Part shown: positions 12,545 through 25,264 of the stretch, in pieces
Position numbering within the stretch: the first letter of the stretch is position 1
How the letters are laid out: each line of letters opens with the position of its first letter
Source of the DNA: Alloascoidea hylecoeti
Taxonomy: Eukaryota
DNA length: 64,000 bases
Reading direction: 5' to 3'
NCBI GenBank assembly: GCA_001600815.1
Contig: BCKZ01000008.1
Location: 186,001-250,000 of the forward strand
The notes under the pieces: model-generated
Databases searched by the model: none
The model's input: the letters and a program-made list of their open reading frames with translations, nothing else
Told to the model about the DNA's origin: nothing
Translations under genes and position numbers: made by a program

Positions 12545-13952
12545 TTATTCCCATCCTCTTAACCCAAATGTTTTAGCCCTTAATCGTTTAGGTTCAGTTT
12601 TTATAGGCTGTTTACTAACATCACGAGTACTTGTAACACCATTCGAAGCAGCCGAGCTAGTTCTTGTACCTGTATTTGCATTATTTAGTTTCCCGCCACC
12701 ATTGGAACCCCGATTATTATTTTGTAAAGATGATGCTGATTGTGTTTTGAATTTTCCACTTTTTAAATTTCTTGCTTTTTCATGTTTCTGTTGAACCAAT
12801 CTAAATCTATTTAATAAGGAATTCCAAATAGATTCTTCTTTCAATTTCATTCTAGTTCTTGTAATTTGTGATGATTGAACTGGTGATATACCAATATACC
12901 CCATTGAACTAACACAATTTAATCTATTTTTTAATGTTGTGAAAGCAGTCGACTGTGGTAATAACATTAATATGCCGTATAAACATTTATATAAATAAGG
13001 GTACTTTTCGGGTTCTAATAATTGTAATCTTAATCTTGTAAAAACAGGAGACTCTAATAATTGGACCAATTTATCGATTTGGATTAACATATCAACATTT
13101 ATTTCAAAATCAACTAAAACCTGTAAAACTGAATAGGCATGTTCATAAGCCTGTGCCAATAAACATAATGATAAAATTGCTGGTGATGAATGACACCATG
13201 ATTTAAATAACCAATAAAATAAAGCATTTTCATCTTTATTTGCTTCAGATGAAGATGTAGTTGTAGTTGTAGCAGTGACAGGCAATCTTAAAGATAATCT
13301 TTTTCTTAAATTTGATAACTCAGGAGCAGTAATCATTATATTATTTAAAATTTCAACCATTATTGTACAAAATTGTAAATCATCTTCTTTTTCTAATAAA
13401 GTTGATAAAGTTCTATAAACTCTTTCAGGGTCTAAACTTAAACATAATTGTCTAATTATATGATTTCCTTTAGTTTCTAATAATTTAAAATCATTTTTAA
13501 ATAAATTTAATAAAACTGACATAAATGATGAAAAATATTTTTCATTATTTTCAAATGAAATATGTGATAATAATTGTAAATCTTTACTGATTACTTTTTC
13601 ACTTGAATCTGATAAAACTTTTAATAATGCTTTGAAAGTATCTTCGTCATTTAATGGTAATAAATCCTTTGGTACTTTTTGATATAACATAATTAACCAA
13701 TCTAATGCTGCTATTCTTGTCTTTTCATGTTCTGCATTGTTAAATTGAAGTGATAATGTTTTCGCGGTTGCTGAATAATCTAATTTTTCCAATGTTGCAG
13801 ATAAATATTTTGTTTTTTCTGTTATGGAACGTTGTGAGCGTGAACTTTTTGATGGAGGAGTTGGAGTTCTTGAATTAGGCCTTGAATTAGGTCTAGAAGT
13901 TAATGATTTAGATCGTGTATGTTGTTTGATTTGTTGCTGTTGTTGTTGTTGT

Positions 13953-13993
<41 letters not shown>

Positions 13994-15711
13994 TTGTTGT
14001 TGTTGTTGTTTCTCAGAATCAGCCAAATTAGATATAAATGTCATAAAATATTTATTAACTTCATTTGCCTTTTCATTTAATTCAACATTATCACAAGATA
14101 TAATTTGTAATAAAATTAATAAAAAATTAGGTATAAATTTAATTAAACTATTTGGTGAAATATCAAGTAAAGATTTCAACCAAATTAAAACAATTAATTG
14201 AATTTCAATAATTTTTTTATCAGTTGATGAGTTTAAATTCTTAATTAATATTTCTGTAATTTTATCATAATTTATAATGACTTTTTTAGATGCAAATAAT
14301 TCATCTGTATCAATATCATCTTCTTCTTCAGCTTCATCATCATCATCTTCTTCTTCTGTTAGCTCTTGGTCATTATTTTGCTCATTGTCATTCTCATTTT
14401 GATTCGTATTTGAATCTTTAGTAGGTATGGCTTCTTCAGGTACCGCAGGTAAAGATGTTATGTCTTTATTATCATCTATTTGCACATATATAGATTCTGG
14501 GGTGTCAGGTGTCACAGTGCCATCCAATTTATTCAACGTACCAGAACTGTGCCTACTATGCTGAAGTTGTGGTTTATTATTACTATCATTCGATTCTTCA
14601 GTAATTTGTTGCGCTGGTTGTTGTCTATCGTTTTGCTGCTTCTGCTGCTGTTGATCATGATTCGGTAGAACAGAATCAGTACTATCATTATCATAATAAT
14701 CTTTCATAATTTGAATTTCGTTTCTTCTTTTAATCTCAGTTAATAAGCTACCTAATAACGATTCAGTTGTAATTCTAACATCTTTATGAGAATCATCTAA
14801 AAAATTAATTAATCCATCAAGTAATTCAGGTAAATAACCAACTAATCCTAAATCAGGTATTGAATCTAATAAACCAATCCAAGATACTAAAAAAATTCTT
14901 GTAAATGGATTTATAGCTGTTATTTTTGATTCTAAAACAGGAATTAATTTTGGTAATGAAAATGCTAATTCTGGTTCAGATTGTAAATTTATTATTAAAA
15001 CTTTCCCCGTTGAATCAATTTTTGGAGAATCCATTAATATTCTATCATTATTATTATTATTATTTCCATTATTCTCATCAGTTATATTGACATTTTCAGT
15101 ATTATGTGATTGATTTGATGAAGATAATAAAACAGATGAATAAGTCGTTGCCTTTTCTGCAACCACATCTTTTATTAATCTATCAAGTAGATCTGCTCCA
15201 TTCTTGACAGATATATCAGAATCCGCAGATAACTTTGAAAGAATATTAATTAGTACTTTATCCCCACTTGCCAAATAAACAAAGAGATTATCAAACAAAC
15301 ACTTACTTTACATAAAACTTCAAAAATCTCGTTGAAATAAACCAAAATCTCTCCTTTTGCAACTTTAGCAATATTGTATAAACTCTCACAAGCATAATAT
15401 CTAACCCGGGCATCTTCATCATCAAAACAAACCAGAACTGGTTCGACGATATCTTTTAAATAAAAACAGACCTCACTTTGTCCTAGAGCAATCGCTGTAG
15501 CAGCCAAACCAATTAAACCACCATTTCTTGCATTTGGTTGATGTAAAGCATATATAAAATCTCTACATAGAGTATTTATAATATCATGAATTTGTTCAGT
15601 ATCTGAGTCTTTTAATGCCGTTCTTATTGCCCTTTCTAATTCCAATGCTGCTGATTTGCGTTTATCATAAAGTCGATCAGCCAGTGTTTTTTGGATTGTT
15701 TTATCTAACAT
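12545..15711 (-). CDS. VAC14: Vac14 (Fab1/PIKfyve complex scaffold), 2 exons
   Basis: LADRLYDKRKSAALELE, ARNGGLIGLAA, RVRYYACESLYNIAK, QIDKLVQLLESPVFTRLRLQLLEP. Exon1 15711-15307, intron 15306-15233 (GTAAGT...TACTAAT...AAG), exon2 15232-12545. About 26-Q tract at 13931-14008. Confidence 0.95.
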
Positions 15712-16082
15712 TCTCAAGTGAAGGTTTTATGAGGGATCCAGGTGTGTGGGAAATACTAAATTTAAAAATATAGAAGATCAGTTGGTTGGTGGTTTACAAT
15801 GCTCAGTGTTCACTAATACAACAAAACATAATTATAATTTTAAGCTTTGGATGGACTTAAATTCTTAAAACAAATAAATAACATTTTATAACTAAACAAC
15901 AAAAATAAAGTATATAGAATATAAAATATAAAATTATATAGGTTATTAATTAGTACCAATATTAATTAGATTGAAATTGAAAATTAACTATTATATTTAT
16001 TTTATATTAGAGACTCATTTTGAGAACCATTCTTTTAATGAATTCTTGGAAAACAAAATATGTAATTGAAATTGTAAAATTA

Positions 16083-17171
16083 TTATGTCTGTGCACAATT
16101 TTCTTCAAGATTAGCTGGAAGTTCAGGTAGACCTCCTGGTAATCCAGCTCCTGCAGAACCATCTGTAAAGCCTGGAATTGGACCACTATCTCCCATTAAT
16201 TCTTGTGGGGGAGCTCCAGATGATTGCATCTAAATTTTAAAAGAAAACAAGTTAGTAAATGAATTAATATGTGAGTTGAATTAACATACCTCTTCTAGCC
16301 TTGTTGAAATATATTCTCTGTGAGTTTTACTGGAATCATTATAATCTTTGGCTTCGAATTTTGTAACAATTTCTGAAACTAATCGTTTTTGTAAACCGTA
16401 TCGTTCTTTATCTTCGGCATTTAGTCCTGCTTCATTCTTAACCCACCATTCAGGGTACTAAAAAAAAGTCCAAAAGTTAGTCATAGCCTAAATACAACAA
16501 CATAATAGTAATCATACTTTATCATTAAGCTCCTTCATGGGCTCATATAAGATTTCCTTCGAACATAATTGCTCTAACATTTCGACTAAAACCTTTGCCA
16601 TATCGAAACCACCTTCACCATCCGCACCAGTTGCTTGTTTCATTAGTTCTGCTAAAATATCACTTGAATCTCCAGAATCCATCGATTCATTAATGCTTTT
16701 ATCGCTTTCTTTTAATCTATTGATAGTACTATTTATAACATTTTGAAATTCTTCAGGGGTATGCCCTGCTCCTGCTGAGCCATTAGCTCCGTTGGTAGAT
16801 GCTGAGCCATTATTGTCGGGATCATCAATAGCCATCTGTTGTAATAAAGCTTCTAGTTGTTCTAAAGCTTTGGGATTTTCCTTCATAATATCCATCAATT
16901 CATTAAATTTTTGCAATTCTTCCTCACTTATTTCCTCACCTCCAGCAGCCCCCTCTGTCGTAGTAGCTGTAGCACCAGCAGAATTATTATCGGTAAAACC
17001 AGTATTAATAGAATTTGTAGTAGGTTTATTTCCCGTGTTCGCAGAGATGGAAGGATCAACCAAAGCTCCCGGTGGCTTACTTAACACATCACCAGCAAAT
17101 TCATCTAAAACATCATCTAACTCTTCAAAATCATCATCTTCATAGTCCTCCATCGTCGGGTTTCTTGACAT
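16083..17171 (-). CDS. PEX19: Peroxin Pex19, 3 exons
   Basis: Acidic N-terminus EELDDVLDEF, LCSKEILYEPMKEL..KYPEW, MQSSGAPP, CaaX end CAQT. Exons 17171-16518, 16457-16290, 16229-16083, with canonical GT..CTAAC..TAG introns. Confidence 0.93.
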
Positions 17172-17479
17172 GTTTTATATTATACTTTGAGCAATAAATA
17201 TTTCTTAGTGATTCTCCTTCTTTTGAATATCTCTTGATGTGTAATTTTTGGTACCTGTAAGTAAAATATGACAGGTCATGTGATACGATTACTAATTTAT
17301 CATGTAATCTAATTTATTGTAATCATGTTTGATTCACAATTATTAAGCCATCTCAGCGTGGTAATGTATTAGGTATAGATCTTCTCAGGGATACAGGGCT
17401 GTTAAGTTACCTCCAAGTCCGCCAGATCTCACCCCGTTGTTACACTCCAATTACAACATCAGCTCTTCGGGGTCTTGTA

Positions 17480-18455
17480 GAATACAGATGTTTTAAAAAT
17501 TTCGGCAAAATCATTATGCGCAGCTACAGCATCAATTACCAAAGTATGATATTCTAATTGTTCATTGAAATATTCCAAATCTTAATAGTACCAACATCAT
17601 CAACCGAAACGAGTTTATTATTATTTATACATAACTAATCTACTGTTCGATCTGATAAAATATTTGTTTTATTTGTTTGTAAATCCAAAACCTTTAGTTC
17701 GTCGTAGTCACTAAAAAATAAGTATTGATCATTTACTGCAAACAATTCACATCATTAAATGGGAATTCTTGGATTATTTGGCCAGTTTCAATATTCTGGG
17801 ATATAACATCTCCATATTCTCCACCATTATGAATGCAATTACGATCCATCCAGTCTTCTATTATACAGAGTTGTAAATTAAACTTTAGCTAATGTTCCAA
17901 ATTATCAAAACTTGATTTTCAAACCCTATATGATCGCCATTACAACATACCATATAATCATTATATAAAGCGACGTCTCTTATATCGAAATTATCTGATT
18001 GTGGTAATATCAGACGTTCTATTGGTTTAAAACCCGGTAATTTCCAAATTATACAAGACCCATCGAATGAACCAGTAACCAAATATTTGTCATTAATATC
18101 CATACTTAAAACACTACCAAAATGAAATATTTCATCATTCTTTTCTATTAACTCCAACAATTCAGTTTCTGATATTCTTGGAGTCTCATAGTTTGCAATT
18201 GGTTTTCCTAATACTCTTAAACAATGATAATTTTCATTATCCCAAATTCTTATAGTACAATCTTCTGAACCAGTTATAATCCAGTTTTTAAGAAATTTAA
18301 CACAAGGATGTTTTGGTAAAATGACCAATCAATTCAAGCTTTGTAAATTTATCATTTTTCCAATTTAATTATAAGGGATAACGTTCTTTGTATGATTCAT
18401 ATCATGAATTAGTTTCTGAATCATCATTATAGTGTTCCCAGGATTTTTGATAAAG
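17480..18455 (-). pseudogene. WD40-repeat (F-box/WD40 family) pseudogene, copy 1; F-box not visible
   Basis: NWIITGSEDCTIRIWD, DINDKYLVTGSFDGSCIIW; frameshifts and stops on both sides; clear paralogue of 58170-59468. Confidence 0.85.
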
Positions 18456-19039
18456 AAGCAGTGACAAATATGAACTTTACTGTTCCCATATAATTGTTAT
18501 AATTAGAATTTGTCATGATAATTATAAGTCGTTACACTTATATAGGTATATTTCATACCAGTCACTACAGTAGACTAATGATTCGGAATCTAACTGTAAA
18601 CTTGGGCCTTCTCCACAGGTGTATAAATAATGCGGGTTAAACAACTCTTAGTGCCGTAAAAAGTTATACAAAAGTTTAAATAACCGAAATGTGAATAAAT
18701 CAGATTATCCCAACGAGGAAAAGATGATATAAACCATATGTTTGAAGAATCCGCTATCATAAAAATATTAGAAAAAATAATTCTTGGTTTATAGTAAAGG
18801 CATTAGTATTAAGAAAAAGTGTCAGATATGTCGGGGCATATTATTATCTAAATATGGGAGAAAGTAATAGGCAACAATTTAAAAAAATATAATGGTGCTA
18901 TATGTATAAGAGGAGCATACCAAAATATAAATATTAAAGAAGATATATGATGGTTTCCCCAGTTAAATAGTTTCTAGTTAGAAGTATTAATTGGAAATTA
19001 TGAAAAATAAAAAATGAAAAACTATAAAGTTAAGACTAA

Positions 19040-20070
19040 TTAGCCATAAGAGATATAACAACAATGCAGAACGCACAAGCCATTCCATTTTCAAAAGAGG
19101 CTAAAGCTTCAGAGCCGTTGCTTCTGGCCGAAAGATCAACTGAGCGTACAGAATCTTTTGTAGTTGATAAAATAGTCCTTGAATAATTAGAAGGTAAAAC
19201 ATCTGGCATTATCATTGGCAGCGCAGATCAATTGAACTTAAGACATGGGGTCAAATCAACATAATAAATTAAGTGAGAAACCATAATACGTTTAAGCATA
19301 TAACTAGTGACTTCACTGTCACAGAGGTACATCGAAGGGACGGTTGTATTGAGTGGTTTTAAGGATTTTCTATAACCTCCACACTTAGTAGAACTTGGGT
19401 CACAAATCGCAATATCTTCCGGGGTTGGATAATCACCATGTTTTGAAATCCATATTTCAATACTCCATGAAAATATCTAGGAAATTTATAGTAGTCCAAT
19501 AGGAGTGGCACAGGATCTCCTTTATGATTATTTCTAATATTGCCTTTTAATGTTGAGTTTTGTCCAAAATTGTGAAAATTCTCTTCATTATTTGTTATGT
19601 TATTAAAATAGTTAACAAAAACCACTCCTTTTAACTTGAGGTGTACCCCAGGTTATGATTAATGGAGAATAATCAAGCAAATTAAATTCTATACCAGCCT
19701 ACTGTGCAACAGCACCACCTGAAGAATGACCTAGTATAACTAATTTATAGTCAGTGTGTTTTCCCATCATTTGTTTAACTTGATCGTGTGCAAATGGTAC
19801 ATCTTCCTTCCATGTTTGGTGATGGCCAAGACTCAGCTATAAATTCAATATTTGAAAACCGTTCATTCCTGCAATAACCTGCCCATTCAAGTTTATTACA
19901 GTCTAATATAACTCCTCCTGATGTTGATCTGTGCCGTGTGAGAATATAGCAGGCCAGAAGAGAATTGAGTATAGCATAATGATATAATTCATCAGTACTG
20001 GATTTGATATCATATTATCATTACCGGATGCATAATAGCTAGATACTGAGATATTGGTATCTCCACCAGC
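19040..20070 (-). pseudogene. Class-3 lipase pseudogene
   Basis: TDYKLVILGHSSGGAVAQ*AG (nucleophile elbow followed by an in-frame stop), ITWGTPQV, HKGDPVP; frameshifts. Confidence 0.75.
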
Positions 20071-20879
20071 ATTAATATTTAATGTTGAGATTTAAATGGG
20101 AACTATCAACTTTTGTTGTAGGTAAAATACTAAAACACCAAGGCCTAGGGCACGACCCAAAGTTTGTTGTATTAAGCTGCCATCTCATATGCATGCATAC
20201 GCATATGAAAATTGTGGAAGTTGGCTGTAGGTAATATAATAGCCGTTTATGTCTATAATTTGAAAACAAGCAAATAACAGGGAATCATAGTAATCTGTAA
20301 TTCCGATTGAAAGTAGCTGGGCTGGGTCATATGAAAAACTAAATTATGATTATGTAACACAACCTCATAAGCGTGTACTTATGTATGATGAACTTTCGAT
20401 ATCTAATATCGTCATCCATCTATAAGGTAGCTAAAGTAATCTAGATTATAATAGTACCTTATTGATATAGGGTGTATTGATTTTTGCAAGATACAACAAA
20501 AGAGACTTATATTCTTTGTGCTTTGTGCTTTGTGCTTTGCAATTACAATTGGATCTCACCGAGCTGGACTAACTATCTCATACCTATGCACGACACTTAC
20601 GCGGATTAAAGCCGCTCCAGCTCAATAACCACAGTTTCTTCCATAGATATAGGGATTGGTAACGTTTGAAATTGAAATATGCAGATGGAGGTTCATCATA
20701 GGAATTATTTATGGGTTTCTGGGACGGTACTGGTACCGGTTACAGCCGTCAAATTTTCTAGTAGTCATCAGACACTTTATGTAGTTCATTCTCGACGTTT
20801 AGAATTCTTTTTAATTTAGTTTATTAATTCTCAAGCAAGAAAAGTTTCCTACTACTCTATGTTATTAATATTTGTATCT

Positions 20880-21220
20880 GCAGATTCTGCACATTTATCT
20901 GATACCGATTAAAATTCTACTGCATGAATTGGGTTTAGGTAAAAGGGTTTATGCATAGTTGATCTAGATTGGAGGTTAACTGTTAAGGTTATAAAGTTTA
21001 TATTAGATTTGCATATTGAATCTTCTTTTTGAAAACTTACAAACGAGATAGAAAGTGATTCAAAAGGTTTCGTAGATAGAAATTAGCATAGAAACGACTT
21101 AATTTATAAAGACCAGTTATATTACTGGAAAAACGCTATAATTATTAGTAAGTAATTTAAATTCACAGTTCCAGATCTGGAGTATCATAATGGTGTTTTT
21201 TGTCTTGTTATCAAATAGGA
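20880..21220 (+). mobile_element. Possible heavily decayed Tc1-like transposase relic
   Basis: IKILLHELGLGKR...IRFA (Tc3-type HTH-like) and RSGVS-MVF (like SG.SVMVW); many stops. Confidence 0.3.
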
Positions 21221-22660
21221 ATTTCTAGAATTTTCCAGATTACACATTGTGCCTTACATATACAAGCTAAATTAAAAATAAATGTGATTTTAGCATTAAG
21301 CTGTTCCCTAAATAGCCATTAACAGCTCTATAACCTTTAGGTTAATGAACTTCAATCCAAAATACATTAGATATGCGTAAGCTTAGGTTACTCAACCCTT
21401 CGATTGGGCTTTCACCATTCCAAAGACCACCCACGAAACTCTTCATAAAAAAAGCAGTAAATGTAATATTTTCGGCATGTAAGGAGTTATTATCTGAATG
21501 AGAAGAACCAAAGAAATATAATGATATAATATAAAGTTGTCCCAGGACGTTTCGGATGGTTGTATTCGATGATGAATGTACGGACCTCTGCCGTTCATGA
21601 TATTGAGGGTGCTAACAATAAATACTAAACCTAAAATGTCATTCTATATAGAATAGTGGACTCAGTGGACTGTTTGAATCTCTAGATATAACGGAACATT
21701 GTGCACTATTTTAGGAAAAGTTTAAGGCTTTGTGGAATATTCAGTACTAGTCAGTAGGTACTGGGTGGTTAAGATTCTTAAGATACTTTTTTTTTTTGAG
21801 TGGTGATCCTCAGACAACCACAACGTTATACCTGATCCTGCTAGCCCTGTTTGGGTTAATGAGGACAACAATGGAATAAGAAATTCTCTTGACATTGTAG
21901 CTTTAAACTTTAACTGTGGGCTTTACTATCGGATTCTGTAGCTGTTAAAAGTAATAGATACAGTTCCCAGAAATAATGTTTGCATTTCAATATCCGTAGA
22001 CCCCCTTTTCGATTTTTCATTCCCAAAAATTGATGACTCCAAATATGTATTAATTCAAATATACATGTAGTATAATTGTAATTATTTAAACTGTAGAAAG
22101 GTCTCTAAAGGTCTCTAATGAGCAAGTCAAATCCTGAGACGCTTCGCAGGAGTCGATAAGGCACGAAAGTACAGCGAGGGAGGCACATTAACAGGATTGA
22201 TAACTGGACAGGTTAAACCTTCCGAATCTTCTAACCTTGACGATACCATCTAGAAATTGAGAGGAATAAAGTTTTATGAAATTCCTACTATTTTTTGAAA
22301 ACTAAACTTTTTGAATTAGATTGCTGTTCCGACATACAGTGTGTGGAACGATTTTAGGATATTCAACCGCGAGATTCATACAAAATAATACTTCTATTAA
22401 CAAAACTCGTTATGATCACAATTGTTAAGGTGTAATCATTGGCAAACATGAACCAGCCCCTATAAAACTATGTGGGGGGTTTCATATTAAGTACTACGGT
22501 TAAGCTTTCAATTGGAAATTTATAAAAGCTCAAAACAAAGTGACAAACTTTTTATGATTCATATTATTGTCTAGGCTATATATATAAAATATGCAATATC
22601 TAATGCCGGCTGGAAAAATCCCAATCCATAAAATGTATGTATATCTAAATCTAAATGGAA

Positions 22661-24320
22661 TTAAACCCTTTTTGTTCTCCCGTAGAATGGCAAGGAATAT
22701 TGTTTAACTTGATACAATCTAATACCAAGTTGATCTGCCCAACTCCATACTAATCCTGGACTTTTTAAGAAAAATCGCCCAACGAATACTAAGTCTAAAC
22801 CTCTCTGAAGTAATGATTCTGCTACATTTGCATCACTGATACCCCCAACAACGGACACAAGAATCTTGTCCCCAACAACCTCCTTAATCGCATATGAATA
22901 AGGTGCTTGATACGCGGGTTCCTTACCATAAGTTGGTAGTTTCTGGTCAGGATTGTTTCCTAAAGCTGACACATCAATAAGATCAATTTTTCCTTGTTCT
23001 ATCAATTTAAATGCTACCTTTTTCGTGTCCTCCAATTCCCAAGATTCGGGATATTTATTTTTGTCATGTTCTAAACCTTCCGTGGTAGAAAGACGCACAA
23101 ACATCGGGGTAGTATTAGGAATAACGTCTCTGATACCGTCAATCAATTCAAAGAACAATCTGATTCTATTTTCAAATGATCCACCGTATCTATCAGTTCT
23201 TTTGTTGGATACTGGAGATAAAAATTGAGTGAGAAGAGCACCATGAGCCCCATGGATTTCAATAACATCAAATCCAATATCAATTGCTCTTTTAGCCGCG
23301 GACGAAAAATCTTTCTTAATTTTTTCAATACCTTTCAATGACAATTCTTTAGGAGTTAGATATCCATCACCGTATTTAATAGCCGATGGAGCGACAACAT
23401 CATTAGGCCATCCATCCGCCTTCTCAACTGCAGTACCCTGGAAACTGACAAAGGGAGCAACACTACTAGCTTTTCTTCCACCATGTGTCAATTGAATACC
23501 AACATATTGACCTTGCGAATGAATAAAGTCAACAATTTTCTTCAATTCTTTTGCCTGTTTATCATTCCAAATTCCAAGATCTTCAGGTGATGTTCTTCCT
23601 TCTGGAGAGACGGCTGTGGCCTCGATGAAGATAAGTGAAGCGCCATGTGTTGCAAAGGAGCCATAATGTTGTAAATGCCAAGCAGTTGCAACGCCATTTT
23701 TGGCTGAATACTGGCCCATTGGCGAAACCTATTAATATTAATATTTATCAGATATATTAAAAGTATCAATTTAAAATTAACCCTAGCTTACTGTTATTCT
23801 ATTATGAAGAGTTAGGCCTCGGATCTTCAATGGTTTGAAGATTTTAGGGATTTCAGCACCATTTGGTTGAGGAATGAGAGGAGAACCAGGAGGTCCAACT
23901 ATAATAGTTAATGATACAATTGTGGCAAATATTGCACTTGAGTCAAATACCTTGCTTTGGAGTAAAATAAGGAATCTAGATTGAAGATTTCGCTGTTAGA
24001 ACTTCTTCCAGTTATAGCTTTAACGCGATAGTTCACTTATTATCGGCCATTCTGGCCACTAATTATCGAATATTCCCATAACTAATTTTTGGCCGCATTA
24101 TTACCGATATGATATGCACTGTTATGCAGGGATATATAACTACATCGGGTGCCAATCCCGGCGGAATATTAGTTATTATTAAAGCCGACAATTAGTAGCC
24201 AGAATGGCCGAATATAAGTGTACTCACTGTATAGAACGATTATTAATTAATACTTACTCCATCAGCACCTTCACTAATTAAAGGTGAAAATTCTGTTTTG
24301 TTGGTTTGATTTTTTGACAT
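22661..24320 (-). CDS. NADH:flavin oxidoreductase / old yellow enzyme (YqjM-like), 4 exons
   Basis: Exons 24320-24258, 23975-23951, 23898-23792, 23728-22661 give ...EGADG|IPYFTPKQ|VGPPG...LHNRIT|VSPMGQYS. Motifs EATAVSPEGR, QLTHGGRK, EIHGAHG, NKRTDRYGGSFENR. Confidence 0.92.
24028..24229. mobile_element. MITE-like foldback element inside intron 1 of the OYE gene
   Basis: About 40-bp imperfect terminal inverted repeats (CACTTATTATCGGCCATTCTGGCCACTAATTATCG / CGACAATTAGTAGCCAGAATGGCCGAATATAAGTG). Right end ...CACTG|TA, typical of Tc1/mariner ends. Confidence 0.75.
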
Positions 24321-25264
24321 TGTTAATCGGAGTGTCTTATGTTTCAAGCTATCGATATCAGGTAAGATAGAGGGATTCTACTATTTTATATTACAGATCA
24401 GATTTCGAAGAAAATAGGTGTGAGCCGACCAAATAACGGAAAATAAAATAGGTGAAAGTCATAAGTATCCGAAGAGGCAATATGTATTACTAAGAATCTC
24501 ACAATTGGTTATTCATATTAGTAATTGGAAGTGATAGTGATGTTCTATTAAATAGTTACTATTCTTGCCACCAAAAATAACATTCCACATAAGCGAATAT
24601 GAGCTTTCTGCAAGAATTACTTATATTATGAAAAATAAATGATTTACGCATCGAATTATATCGTGAGAATGAAGTCCAATAAATAGAGGTTCTTAGGTGA
24701 TGATTTCGATTTGTGCACACTACTTAACTATAAGCTTGGTAACTGTTTACTCCTCCAAGTTTGATAAAAAATCATTTAAGAAATCACGCGAGAATACAAA
24801 TTAATTATAAGATTGTCACTTCAGATTTCAGACAGAAACAATTTCACCCCATTGCATTGTTTACTAATTACTAGTACTAAGTAAGTAACGTTTGCAAACA
24901 GCATACGAATAGCATTGAAAGATTCAATCAGTGTGTCTCAGATCCAGATGATCATGGGGTTATACTCAATGAATCATAAAGTTTAACAAAACTGTCACAT
25001 AAACATATAAATAAATATATCATCTTAAGATTCTCAAATTTATCAATTGACTTAGGATTAACTAGGGGTATGTACTATATATATAAAAAATATTATTATT
25101 TATTAATATTATCAAACGAGGCAGGAAAACAAAAAGGAACAAATAAGATATAGATTTGATTTGATATGATTTATAATAAAATGGATTAATCAAAATAAAA
25201 GTAAATAGCTATTATCTAAGGAAAACTCATTTTTGAGTATGTACCTTATGAGAAAAGATTAAGC

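Noticed and set aside
13824..14201. Poly-Cys ORF (and poly-Leu ORFs at 5496-5687 and 34400-34714)
   Set aside because: Antisense shadows of the polyQ and polyN tracts.
20561..20624. GAGCTGGA...TCCAGCTC stem as a possible ncRNA
   Set aside because: Only an 8-bp stem; no tRNA, snoRNA or snRNA boxes recognised.
21380..22500. Moderately GC-rich stretch as a possible solo LTR or gene relic
   Set aside because: No second copy, target-site duplication or protein motif that I could establish.
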